From Limisphaerales bacterium (lineage in GTDB: Bacteria > Verrucomicrobiota > Verrucomicrobiia > Limisphaerales > AAA164-E04): a stretch of DNA of 64,000 nucleotides. The notes below the pieces were generated by a model, which had not been told where the DNA came from, did no database searches, and was given only the letters and a program-made list of their open reading frames with translations. The stretch's first letter is position 1. The number at the start of each line of letters is the position of its first letter. The DNA lies in NCBI GenBank assembly GCA_965203425.1, contig OZ241891.1:172247-236246 (forward strand), in the 5' to 3' direction. A program made the position numbers and the translations under genes. Positions 55,217-63,318 of this stretch are shown in pieces.

Positions 55217-55672
55217 ATGGTTGTGATTGCCATCTTGTTGGTTGCCGGGATTTTGTTGCTGGTTTCGGAGATTTTTCTGCCGGGGATGATTGCCGGCTCC
55301 GTGGGTTGCCTTTGTTTGGCGGCCGCCGTGCTTTTGGGGTTTGGCGAGTTTGGAGCGGTGGGCGGCAGCGGGTTGTTGGTGGGCGTGTTGATTGCGTTGC
55401 TGGCGGGGTTCATCTTTTGGTTGTGGTGGTTTCCGGGCAGCAAAGTATCCAAACCCTTCGTTTCCAAAGGGGAAATCGGGGACATTGGAACGGATCGGCC
55501 GGATTTGTTGGGCAAGGAAGGCGTTGCCCTAACTCCTTTGCGGCCTTCGGGGACGGCGATTATCGATCAATGTCCCGTGGATGTGGTCACGGCGGGAGAG
55601 ATGATTGAAAAGAACAAACGGGTAAAAGTCATTCACGTCGAAGGAATGCGGGTGGTGGTTCGGCAGATTTGA
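55217..55672 (+). CDS. NfeD-family membrane protein (C-terminal OB-fold)
   Basis: Hydrophobic N-terminal half, then GKEGVALTPLRPSGTAIIDQCPVDVVTAGEMIEKNKRVKVIHVEGMRVVVRQI. ATG 55217 is preferred over the long 55013 ORF. Confidence 0.65.
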   Translation: MVVIAILLVAGILLLVSEIFLPGMIAGSVGCLCLAAAVLLGFGEFGAVGGSGLLVGVLIALLAGFIFWLWWFPGSKVSKPFVSKGEIGDIGTDRPDLLGKEGVALTPLRPSGTAIIDQCPVDVVTAGEMIEKNKRVKVIHVEGMRVVVRQI

Positions 55673-55687
55673 AGAAAGCCCGTTGCA

Positions 55688-55722
55688 GGTTGCGCCCGCA
55701 ACCGCGGCATTGTGAATTTTTT
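55688..55722 (+). terminator. Weak terminator-like hairpin after nfeD-like gene
   Basis: ggttgcg/cgcaacc inverted repeat at 55688-55703 with a T6 run at 55717-55722. The loop is very short and the T-run is distant, so support is weak. Confidence 0.25.
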
Positions 55723-56190
55723 GATGCGTCCAGCATTCTGAGCTTGCCGTGTCGTCTCTTTTTGCGTTAATTTGTCGGAAGCGACAGGTTATGGTTTGTC
55801 CCTGTCGCTCTGGATCAGGCGCAGGTGTTCAGTCTTGGATTCTACATATTCGAGAGAGCCATGGGGTTTGTTTTTGTAAGACTCTTCGTGACCTCATTCA
55901 TGATTCTTTTTCGGGCAAGGATCTGGCAACGGCGTCGCCCGTTATCCCGCAAAACGGATGCGAGAAGACGCTTTGTTCGGGGCTGGAAATCGATTTTGTG
56001 AAGAGGCTTTGGCTTCCTGATTTGTCGGCGGCTTGAGAAGAATTAGAGGAAAACCCCTCAAACCTGCAGACAAAAAATCAAAAAAGACGAATTGCTAAAA
56101 AATACTTGCGCTCTTTTGAAAATCTATTATGCTTTACAAAGTAGCTTGTTATGAGAAGATTAAAAAGCAAAAGCTAATGGCGCGTTAGTC

Positions 56191-56532
56191 ATGCCGGATT
56201 TTTTCGACAATTGGACCGTTCAAATGCGGAAAGGCATCGTGGAACTCTGCATCCTGCGATCCCTCTCTTGCGCGGAGCGGTACGGATACGACTTGGTCAA
56301 ATCCCTCGTCGTCCTTCCCGGATTGCATACAACCGAAGGAACGGTTTATCCCTTGCTTTCGAGATTGCGCTCCGGCGGATTGATACAGTCCCGTTTGGTA
56401 GAATCTTCCGAAGGGCCGGCCCGCAAATACTATTCCCTGACCGCTCACGGCCGCCGCCAACTTGAGCGGATGAACGCCTATTTGGAAACCATGTCGCAGA
56501 CTTTGAGCGACGCCAAAGAGAAAGGAACCTAA
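56191..56532 (+). CDS. PadR-family transcriptional regulator
   Basis: ERYGYDLVKSL...TEGTVYPLLSRLRSGGLIQSRLVESSEGPARKYYSLTAHGRRQLE is a canonical PadR winged helix. Confidence 0.9.
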   Translation: MPDFFDNWTVQMRKGIVELCILRSLSCAERYGYDLVKSLVVLPGLHTTEGTVYPLLSRLRSGGLIQSRLVESSEGPARKYYSLTAHGRRQLERMNAYLETMSQTLSDAKEKGT

Positions 56533-56533
56533 A

Positions 56534-59248
56534 ATGCCCCAATGGTCAAAAGAAGCCGCAAACGAGCTGGAAGCCTACTTGTCCGGCGAACGCAACGCCT
56601 TAGACAAGTCGGACGTCGACACCGATGAAGTGTTGGAAGACCTCCGCGCTCACGTCGATGAAGAAATCAAAAGCCGCAAGCTTCCAGTCGTCACTCGCAG
56701 GGATGTGTCCGAAATCCTTCGGCGCATCGGCCCCTTGGCAGGCCGGGAAGATGAGAAAACCGCGAACGGCGAGGCGCCGGACGCTTCCAAAACTCAATTC
56801 AAAACCGCGCCCGGCCCCGCTTTGGCTATTTTCGGAGTCGTCCTCCCGACAATCTCCATTGTAGTTGAACTGTGCACGCGAGCCTGCGCCAGAGCCTTTT
56901 TTGATCCGATCCCGACTTGGTGGCACGTTCTCCTGATCTCCTCTGTGCCGGCCGCCAACGCCCTTGTCATTTCCCAAATCCGCAGGGGATCGCGTTGCTG
57001 TCCCCAACTCCTTATGGCTATCAACGCAGTCGCCATAACCGTCGCCGCATTTTATGCCGTCGCGTTTGTCCCCTTGCTTTTGCCGGGGGTTGTTGCTGTC
57101 CTTTACTTCGGCTTTGGACTGCTTCCAATGGGGCCTTTGTTCGCCCTTGTCGCCGCCATTTGCTGTCGATGCCGCTTGTCGTCGTTTTTCGGAAAATTTC
57201 GCCGAACCGCTGGAGCGCAACTACTGGGCTATGCGGCCGCCATTGCCTTTCTGGGCGCTTTGGAGTTCCCCAACATTGCCGCCCGCATCGGCTTGGAACT
57301 GGCTGATTCCCAAAACCCCGCCGTGCAAACAAAAGGCGTGCGTCTTCTTCGAAGTGTTGGCAGCGAGGCAACGATGCTTCGCGCTTGTTACGAACGCCCC
57401 CGAAAATTCACCAACTTGGCCGCCTTTTTGATTTCGCCCGAAAATCCCGTTCGCCAACAGGAAGCGCGCATGATTTTCTTTCGGGTGACGGGAAAACCGT
57501 TCAACTCCGTTCCCCCTCCCCGCCTTTATTATTCCGCAGGCCGCTGGAACGCATTGGACGAGTTGGCTTGGGACTTGGACGAAGGATTAGGAGGCTCGAC
57601 GGTGGCGGGACGCGTGCGCGGTTTGGACCTCGCCGGCTCTCGGCTGGACGGCCGCATTCACGGACAAGCGGGACTCGCCTATCTGGAATGGACATTCGAG
57701 TTTGCCAATCATTCCTCTCGGCAGCGCGAAGCTCGCGCCCAAATTTTGCTCCCAACCGACGGAGTCATCTCCCGTCTTACCCTTTGGGTGAACGGAGAAG
57801 AGCGGGAAGCCGCCTTCGCTGGCCGCGCGCAAACCCGCGCCGCCTACCAAGAAGTCGCCGTGCGTCAACGGCGCGATCCCGTCCTCATCACAACCTCCGG
57901 CCCAAACCGCATCCTCATGCAATGTTTCCCCATTCCTCCTGACGGCGGCGCCATGAAAGTTCGGCTCGGCATCACCGCGCCACTGGCGATGTCCGATCTT
58001 CGCAACGGCAGAATCCCGCTCCCCAAAATTATCGAGCGCAACTTTCGCCTGCCCCCCGGCCTCGAACACGCGCTTTGGATTGAATCAGGATCCAAATTGT
58101 CCAGCCCTCTGGAAAACTTGGAACCAGGCATCATCCGAGAAAAATCCGCCAACGAAGAAACATTTAATGAAATACCGACGCTTCGCGGACAGATTGCCGA
58201 CGCCGACCTGCTCTCCAACCGCGCCGCCTTGCGCGTCCACCTTCTCGAAGCCTCCATCCGCGTCCGAACGGCCGGCCTTAACCCAAACGGATCGCAAAAT
58301 GTGGAAAAAACAGGAAACAAATCCGCCGTTATCCTACAAGAGCTGGCCGCCGAACCGCCGCTGGATATCGACCGATTAGCCATCGTCATCGACGGATCCA
58401 GCAACATGGCGACTTTCTACCCCGAAATCGCCCGAAGCCTAGCGCAACTACCGCCTTCAATCGAACTCTTCCTCATCCACGCCTCAAACGAACAAACGGT
58501 CAACAAAAACGGACGACACAGCGCAGACAAGACTATCGCCAAAGATGCCGCTGCCGCCAAAGTTCACCGCTTTCAAGCCGTTGGCGGCCAAGACAACCTC
58601 GACGGCCTCGTGCGGGCTTGGGACACCGCTTCTGCCGGAAAAAACAGCGCTGTCCTTTGGATTCACGGGCCGCAACCAGTCAACCTCAGTTCAGACGCTG
58701 CCCTTCGGCAACGTTTGGAAAGAAGCCCAGCGCATCCCCAACTGTTTGCAATCCAAACCGCCGCCGGACCCAATCGGCTTCTGGAACAACTGGCCGGCGG
58801 GGCCGTTCAATCCCTTCCTCGTTGGAACTCGCTGGAAAACGACTTGGCCGATTGGTTCCACCAACTCAGCGCCAAAACAGGTCCGTGGCGCTTCCAACGT
58901 CGCGCCGTTTCTCCGGACGCCATCCCCGACCTTGACAAAGTTCCCAAAGTCACCGATCACGTTCGCCGCCTCTACGCCGCCGATCAAATCGAAACATTAG
59001 CCTCCACAGGCGACCGCGAAAAAGCAGTGCAAATGGCCGGCCAACACCAGCTGGTCACTTCCGTTTCCGGCGCCGTCGTCTTGGAAACAAAAGAACAATT
59101 CGACCGCGCCGGACTCTCTCCCGTTGACCCTGCCGAAGTTCCCGTAATCCCGGAACCAACGAGCTGGCTTCTGCTAGGCCTCGGCCTTTGCTTGGGAATG
59201 TTGCGCCATTTTCGCCAGCGCCGCCGCGCTAACGCCTCGTTGCCGTGA
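56534..59248 (+). CDS. Multi-pass membrane protein with N-terminal DUF1700/HAAS-like module, VIT domain, vWA-like domain and C-terminal PEP-CTERM anchor
   Basis: The N-terminus is EAANELEAYL...VLEDLRAHVDEEI...DVSEILRRIGP. At least 5 TM segments lie between residues 95 and 260. The VIT-like part is LEWTFEFANHSSRQREARAQILLPTDGVISRLTLWVNGEE...YQEVA. The vWA-like part is LAIVIDGSSNM...VLWIHGPQP. The protein ends VPVIPEPTSWLLLGLGLCLGMLRHFRQRRR. Confidence 0.7.
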   Translation: MPQWSKEAANELEAYLSGERNALDKSDVDTDEVLEDLRAHVDEEIKSRKLPVVTRRDVSEILRRIGPLAGREDEKTANGEAPDASKTQFKTAPGPALAIFGVVLPTISIVVELCTRACARAFFDPIPTWWHVLLISSVPAANALVISQIRRGSRCCPQLLMAINAVAITVAAFYAVAFVPLLLPGVVAVLYFGFGLLPMGPLFALVAAICCRCRLSSFFGKFRRTAGAQLLGYAAAIAFLGALEFPNIAARIGLELADSQNPAVQTKGVRLLRSVGSEATMLRACYERPRKFTNLAAFLISPENPVRQQEARMIFFRVTGKPFNSVPPPRLYYSAGRWNALDELAWDLDEGLGGSTVAGRVRGLDLAGSRLDGRIHGQAGLAYLEWTFEFANHSSRQREARAQILLPTDGVISRLTLWVNGEEREAAFAGRAQTRAAYQEVAVRQRRDPVLITTSGPNRILMQCFPIPPDGGAMKVRLGITAPLAMSDLRNGRIPLPKIIERNFRLPPGLEHALWIESGSKLSSPLENLEPGIIREKSANEETFNEIPTLRGQIADADLLSNRAALRVHLLEASIRVRTAGLNPNGSQNVEKTGNKSAVILQELAAEPPLDIDRLAIVIDGSSNMATFYPEIARSLAQLPPSIELFLIHASNEQTVNKNGRHSADKTIAKDAAAAKVHRFQAVGGQDNLDGLVRAWDTASAGKNSAVLWIHGPQPVNLSSDAALRQRLERSPAHPQLFAIQTAAGPNRLLEQLAGGAVQSLPRWNSLENDLADWFHQLSAKTGPWRFQRRAVSPDAIPDLDKVPKVTDHVRRLYAADQIETLASTGDREKAVQMAGQHQLVTSVSGAVVLETKEQFDRAGLSPVDPAEVPVIPEPTSWLLLGLGLCLGMLRHFRQRRRANASLP

Positions 59249-59643
59249 AACCAATCCGCTTCTTCCAACTCCCAATGTTCGACCAACTTCACTGGCTTGC
59301 GGCATTGTCGCCATTGGCCGTCCCAATCGTCTTTTACAGCCTAATCGGCCACGCCGCTCTCTTGACCGGCGAATGGCCTTCCCCAAAAGGAATGCAAATG
59401 GAAGAAGCGCAAAAAGCCTCCGCTCTCTTCGGATTCCACTCCGTTATCGCCTTCCTCAGCATAATTGCGTTGAGCCTGCTGCCAATCGCCTGGCTCATCC
59501 TTCTAGATCAAGCGCGCTTATATCCCAACCTCGCCGCCTATGGAATTCGCTTTGCCGTGTTTGCCGTCAACCTAACCTTTTGCCTCTGGCTCGGCCTCGC
59601 CGATCCCGGCCAATTCCTCCGCTGGTTTCTAAACGGCTTCTAA
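59245..59643 (+). CDS. Hypothetical membrane protein
   Basis: 132 aa with four hydrophobic segments. Its start forms a 4-nt overlap with the preceding gene. Confidence 0.5.
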   Translation: MKPIRFFQLPMFDQLHWLAALSPLAVPIVFYSLIGHAALLTGEWPSPKGMQMEEAQKASALFGFHSVIAFLSIIALSLLPIAWLILLDQARLYPNLAAYGIRFAVFAVNLTFCLWLGLADPGQFLRWFLNGF

Positions 59644-60142
59644 CCCACCGCCGCAAAACCATAAATTCTACGGAGACTTCTTGGATTTCTTCTTCGCATA
59701 TTCCAAACCGTCCCCCCTGATACACATGGATGAGAGTCTGCCGCACAGAAGCGAGGGCGCGGCTGACTCGACGGCGCATATTGGAGCAGGTTGTATGCTC
59801 TTCCTCCGCCATTTTCTCGTAAGACGCGCCCTCGATGTAGCGACGATAGAGTAACCTCGTTGCGCTATCCTCCGACTGCTCCAAATACCGAACCAACCGA
59901 CGCGCCGCCGCTTCCTTCTCTTCTTGTTCCATCGCCTCGTCCGGTTGTATCGACCGAAGCGACTCAATCGACTCATCAGTCAACCGCTCCAAATCCAAAT
60001 CATCCTTCTCGCCATCGTCCGGCATCTTCGACGCCATCTCCGCCCGGAACACCACCCGCTTCTGCCGACAAACCAGCCTCCGATGCGAAGCAATCCCTAG
60101 GCGACTCGCAATCACCGACAGCCAACCGGCCAAACCAACCAA
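59567..60142 (-). pseudogene. Sigma-70/ECF-type sigma factor lacking region 2 (5'-truncated), with an aberrant C-terminal extension
   Basis: Region 4 is clear (RLLYRRYIEGASYEKMAEEEHTTCSNMRRRVSRALASVRQTL). Upstream only GWLSVIASRLGIASHRR is left before an in-frame stop at 60221-60223. An Arg-rich tail of about 45 aa overlaps the convergent gene. Confidence 0.5.
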
Positions 60143-60155
60143 AACACCGTGGCAC

Positions 60156-60755
60156 TTGCGCTTCGCGCCCGGAGCCTTGAAACCGAAGGAAATCGCCGCA
60201 ACCGCTGGCGTAGCCGTGATTTACGGCTTGCTCTTCACCGGCCTCTTGTTCGCGCCGTTGCTGCCGCACCTGGCCGCGCAAAGCAACTCGCCAACCAACA
60301 ACAGCCCCACCAACAGCGTCTCCACTCCGACGCCAACCGATCATCCTACCGGGCTGGGAGACTATGACAACGCCCGCAGCGAAGCCGATTGCTACGAAAT
60401 TTGGAACAAGAAGAGAGAATTGGAGTGGGGGAAGTACCTAGATGCCCAGAGAGCTGCAGACGCTGCTTGGGGATTGTGTGCGACGAATCGGAATTTGAGT
60501 CTGCAGCTGAATGAAGCCAACCTTCAACTCGCCATAATCCAAGCAGACGTCGCTGCCGAAAGTAACTTTTGGGGGTGTCTAGGCTTTGGCGGCGGTCCGG
60601 CAACAGGGGTGACCATTGTAGGCACTCGCACAGTTGTTCGCTGGGTAAAAGGCGGCGCCGTGGCCGCAGGTCGATTAATCAGCGGCATTGCCGGCGGCGG
60701 CGTGGCTCTTGGTTCCCCTTTGTCGCCTGCCGAACTTTGGCGAACAACGATCTAG
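60156..60755 (+). CDS. Hypothetical secreted protein, possibly continuing to 60994 in another frame
   Basis: TTG start and a signal-like AGVAVIYGLLFTGLLFAPLLPHLAAQ. The region 60750-60994 reads well in another frame (DLARVIEAANDVKDIQDAIAE...). Confidence 0.4.
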   Translation: MRFAPGALKPKEIAATAGVAVIYGLLFTGLLFAPLLPHLAAQSNSPTNNSPTNSVSTPTPTDHPTGLGDYDNARSEADCYEIWNKKRELEWGKYLDAQRAADAAWGLCATNRNLSLQLNEANLQLAIIQADVAAESNFWGCLGFGGGPATGVTIVGTRTVVRWVKGGAVAAGRLISGIAGGGVALGSPLSPAELWRTTI

Positions 60756-60996
60756 CGAGGGTCATAGAAGCGGCCAATGATGTCAAAGATATCCAAGACG
60801 CAATAGCGGAGACTACATTTAGCCAATGCAAAAAATCAGCGAATGTCAAGGCATTATCAGCCGAAGCAAATCGGCTGAAAGCAAAATATTACAGACACTA
60901 CAGCCATTGGAAAAGACAATACGACCGATGCGTGGAATTTTTTGAAGACCAAGAAGACGAAAACCAAGACGGAAACTGCGCAACAATTGACTAACC

Positions 60997-61224
60997 ATGG
61001 AAATTGGGGACTACATTTCTGATTTGCAACAAAGTCTAATTCTGGATGCAAATCTAACTCGAATTCAAATAGGACATTTGGGTTGGAAGTTAACTTGGAT
61101 GATTTGGCAGTTAAGCGTAATATTCATCATGCTGATGATTATTAGTTCTCAATTGAGCAAATTGAACAAGAAACTAGAATCAAAGAAACAGACGAACAAC
61201 GATAACAAAACAAGCACTAAGTAA
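60997..61224 (+). CDS. Hypothetical small membrane protein
   Basis: 75 aa with one TM (WMIWQLSVIFIMLMIISS) and a Lys-rich tail. The region is A/T-rich. Confidence 0.35.
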   Translation: MEIGDYISDLQQSLILDANLTRIQIGHLGWKLTWMIWQLSVIFIMLMIISSQLSKLNKKLESKKQTNNDNKTSTK

Positions 61225-61262
61225 CGACGCACTAAGAACGACACTTTTACGAAACTAAGACA

Positions 61263-62546
61263 ATGAAAACTTTACTTGACAATATTTTTTGGGGCGGAAT
61301 TGCGCTGGCATTTATGCTGGCTCTGTTTGTATTACACCACTGGCCTGCGCATTAGCGGGTCACCACTGTTCTGGCCGCGCAGGAGACCGGACCGCCAACA
61401 CAAAATGCGGACGATTCACTCGGCGGCTTGCTGAACGAAGAAACCGCGACGGAAACCACGGCGGACGAAAACGCGCCGCCGCGTTCCATCCTCGCTCAAT
61501 TGATCGACTTCATGTCAGATGAGGAGTTTTTGGTCTTTCTGGCTTTGACCGGCCACTCAGCCGAAGAACTGGACAAGGAGGAAAACGAGTACGTCAAACT
61601 CATTCAATCGAATCCGAAACTTTGGGATGAACATTTGGATGAAGCAATAGCGCAAAGCGCAGAAAGTACTCGCACGGCCGTGGAGGAAACTTTGGGAGTG
61701 GACTATGAGAACATCGACACCAACAACTTCTTCATCCAGATGATGATCTTCAAAGAGGCGGAAGACAAAGCCATAGAGCGCATGAGAAATGGAACGCCAA
61801 CTCAACAGCAACAGGAAGAAGCGGATATGAAACAGATTCTGGATCGCGAGTTGGAAGCCTATCAATACCAAACCAACAACATTGCTGAATGGAAAGAACA
61901 CGTGAGATGGGATGCGGAGCGGGAAAAGGAGAATCCAAACGACGTGAACTACAAATACCTCAGGATGGAGTCAGAACTACGTTTGGCGCAGCAACAGTCG
62001 GTGTTAGAAGTCTTCCGACCGCTTTGGGTTCATCTGGGCATTCTGCCGGAAGACGAAGTCAACAAACAGGACGAGACGCTAAACAACGGCGCCTTGCTAA
62101 AAATATGGACGGACGCAAGAAACAATGCAGACCGGCGGGAGCAAGCGATATGGGACAGACAATCTCAAGAGTTCAAAATATGGAAGGCTGGACAGGAAAT
62201 GATAGAAGTTCGGGTATCCACCTTGACTGAAGAAGAATTGGACCGTTGGATTGACATAGAATTGTGGTCTTCGACAGAGGCAGGGCGCATTGCGTTGGAT
62301 GATGCTAAGTTTGCGCTTTGGCGGGCCAGCGTCAATGAAGCCGCCGCTTCTCCCGCGCAAAATCCCGGTGGATTGCTGTTGGAAGAAACCTCGCCTCTTC
62401 CCGCTCCGGTGACCAACACCGATGCCGGCGAAGAAACCTCGCCAACGCCTCCGCCCAGTTCCGGCAGTGAGGAAGAAACCACTAGCGGTGGCCTTGGTGA
62501 TGATGCAACACCCAACAGTCCCACCGTTCCCGGTGGACTAGAGTAA
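61263..62546 (+). pseudogene. Acidic helical secreted/anchored protein interrupted by an in-frame TAG at 61353
   Basis: ATG 61263 encodes MKTLLDNIFWGGIALAFMLALFVLHHWPAH. TAG follows, and then the same frame continues RVTTVLAAQETGPP...GGLLNEETATE into the 372-aa ORF (61428..62546). Confidence 0.5.
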
Positions 62547-62564
62547 TCGCCGTAAAAAGTAGAG

Positions 62565-62810
62565 ATGAAAGATCCAGAGATAAAAACCATTAACGAACTG
62601 AAGATTTTCATCGCCGGCGAGTTTTCCAAGATTCACAAGGACTTGAAGGAGATAAACAAGATTCTCCAAGGCAATGGGAAGGCAAGCATGGAAGTTCGAA
62701 TTGATCGTTTGGAAAAGTTAAAGAACTGGGTTTTGATAGTGGCGTCCATAGTGATAACCGCTTTGCTCGGTGGTTTCTTTGCTCATTATTTTTCGTTGTT
62801 AGAAAAATAA
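62565..62810 (+). CDS. Small tail-anchored coiled-coil protein, GNGK-motif family, paralog 2
   Basis: 81 aa: INELKIFIAGEF...LQGNGKASMEVRIDRLEKLKNW plus a TM and HYFSLLEK. Confidence 0.55.
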   Translation: MKDPEIKTINELKIFIAGEFSKIHKDLKEINKILQGNGKASMEVRIDRLEKLKNWVLIVASIVITALLGGFFAHYFSLLEK

Positions 62811-62892
62811 CGAGAGTCAGACGCTGCAGAGAAGAAGAAACCACCAACGGCGGCATCCTTGGCGATGACGCAAATTGAGGGAGGGCGAGAAA

Positions 62893-63318
62893 ATGAACTG
62901 GACAACACCATTCGCGTGGATCGGAGTCGTTTTAATCTGCGTCCATGTGAATTACATCGCCGCCGCCAAATTGCTCCAACCGCAGAAAGAAACGACCCTT
63001 GGAGAATTGAAGGTGTTCATTGCCGGGGAGTTTCAGCGGATTGACGAGCGGTTTAATCAAGTGGACGGACGGTTCGATAGGATTGAAACTGGATTGGATA
63101 AGATAGAAGGGGGTTTGAAAAAAATCGACGATGATATTCGAGGGAATGGAAAAGACAGACTCAATGTTCGGGTAGTTCGTTTGGAAAGTATTAGAAACTG
63201 GGCTCTTTGGATAACTGCGTTGGCCGTAATCCCGGTAATAACTGCTTTTCTGGGCGCTTCCTTTGTTCATTATTTCTCGAATTTAGAGAAATGGCGAAAA
63301 GCAGAATTCTCTGGCTAA
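62893..63318 (+). CDS. Small coiled-coil protein with N- and C-terminal TM segments, GNGK-motif family, paralog 3
   Basis: ATG 62893 is preceded by gagggagggcgag. The sequence reads LGELKVFIAGEF...DDDIRGNGKDRLNVRVVRLESIRNW plus a TM and HYFSNLEK. Confidence 0.55.
   Translation: MNWTTPFAWIGVVLICVHVNYIAAAKLLQPQKETTLGELKVFIAGEFQRIDERFNQVDGRFDRIETGLDKIEGGLKKIDDDIRGNGKDRLNVRVVRLESIRNWALWITALAVIPVITAFLGASFVHYFSNLEKWRKAEFSG

Noticed and set aside
56090-56190. Possible sigma-70-type promoter (TTGCGC ... TATTAT) upstream of padR
   Set aside because: The spacing between the candidate -35 and -10 hexamers is about 13 nt, not 16-18. Promoter consensus in PVC bacteria is also poorly defined. It is not supportable from sequence alone.
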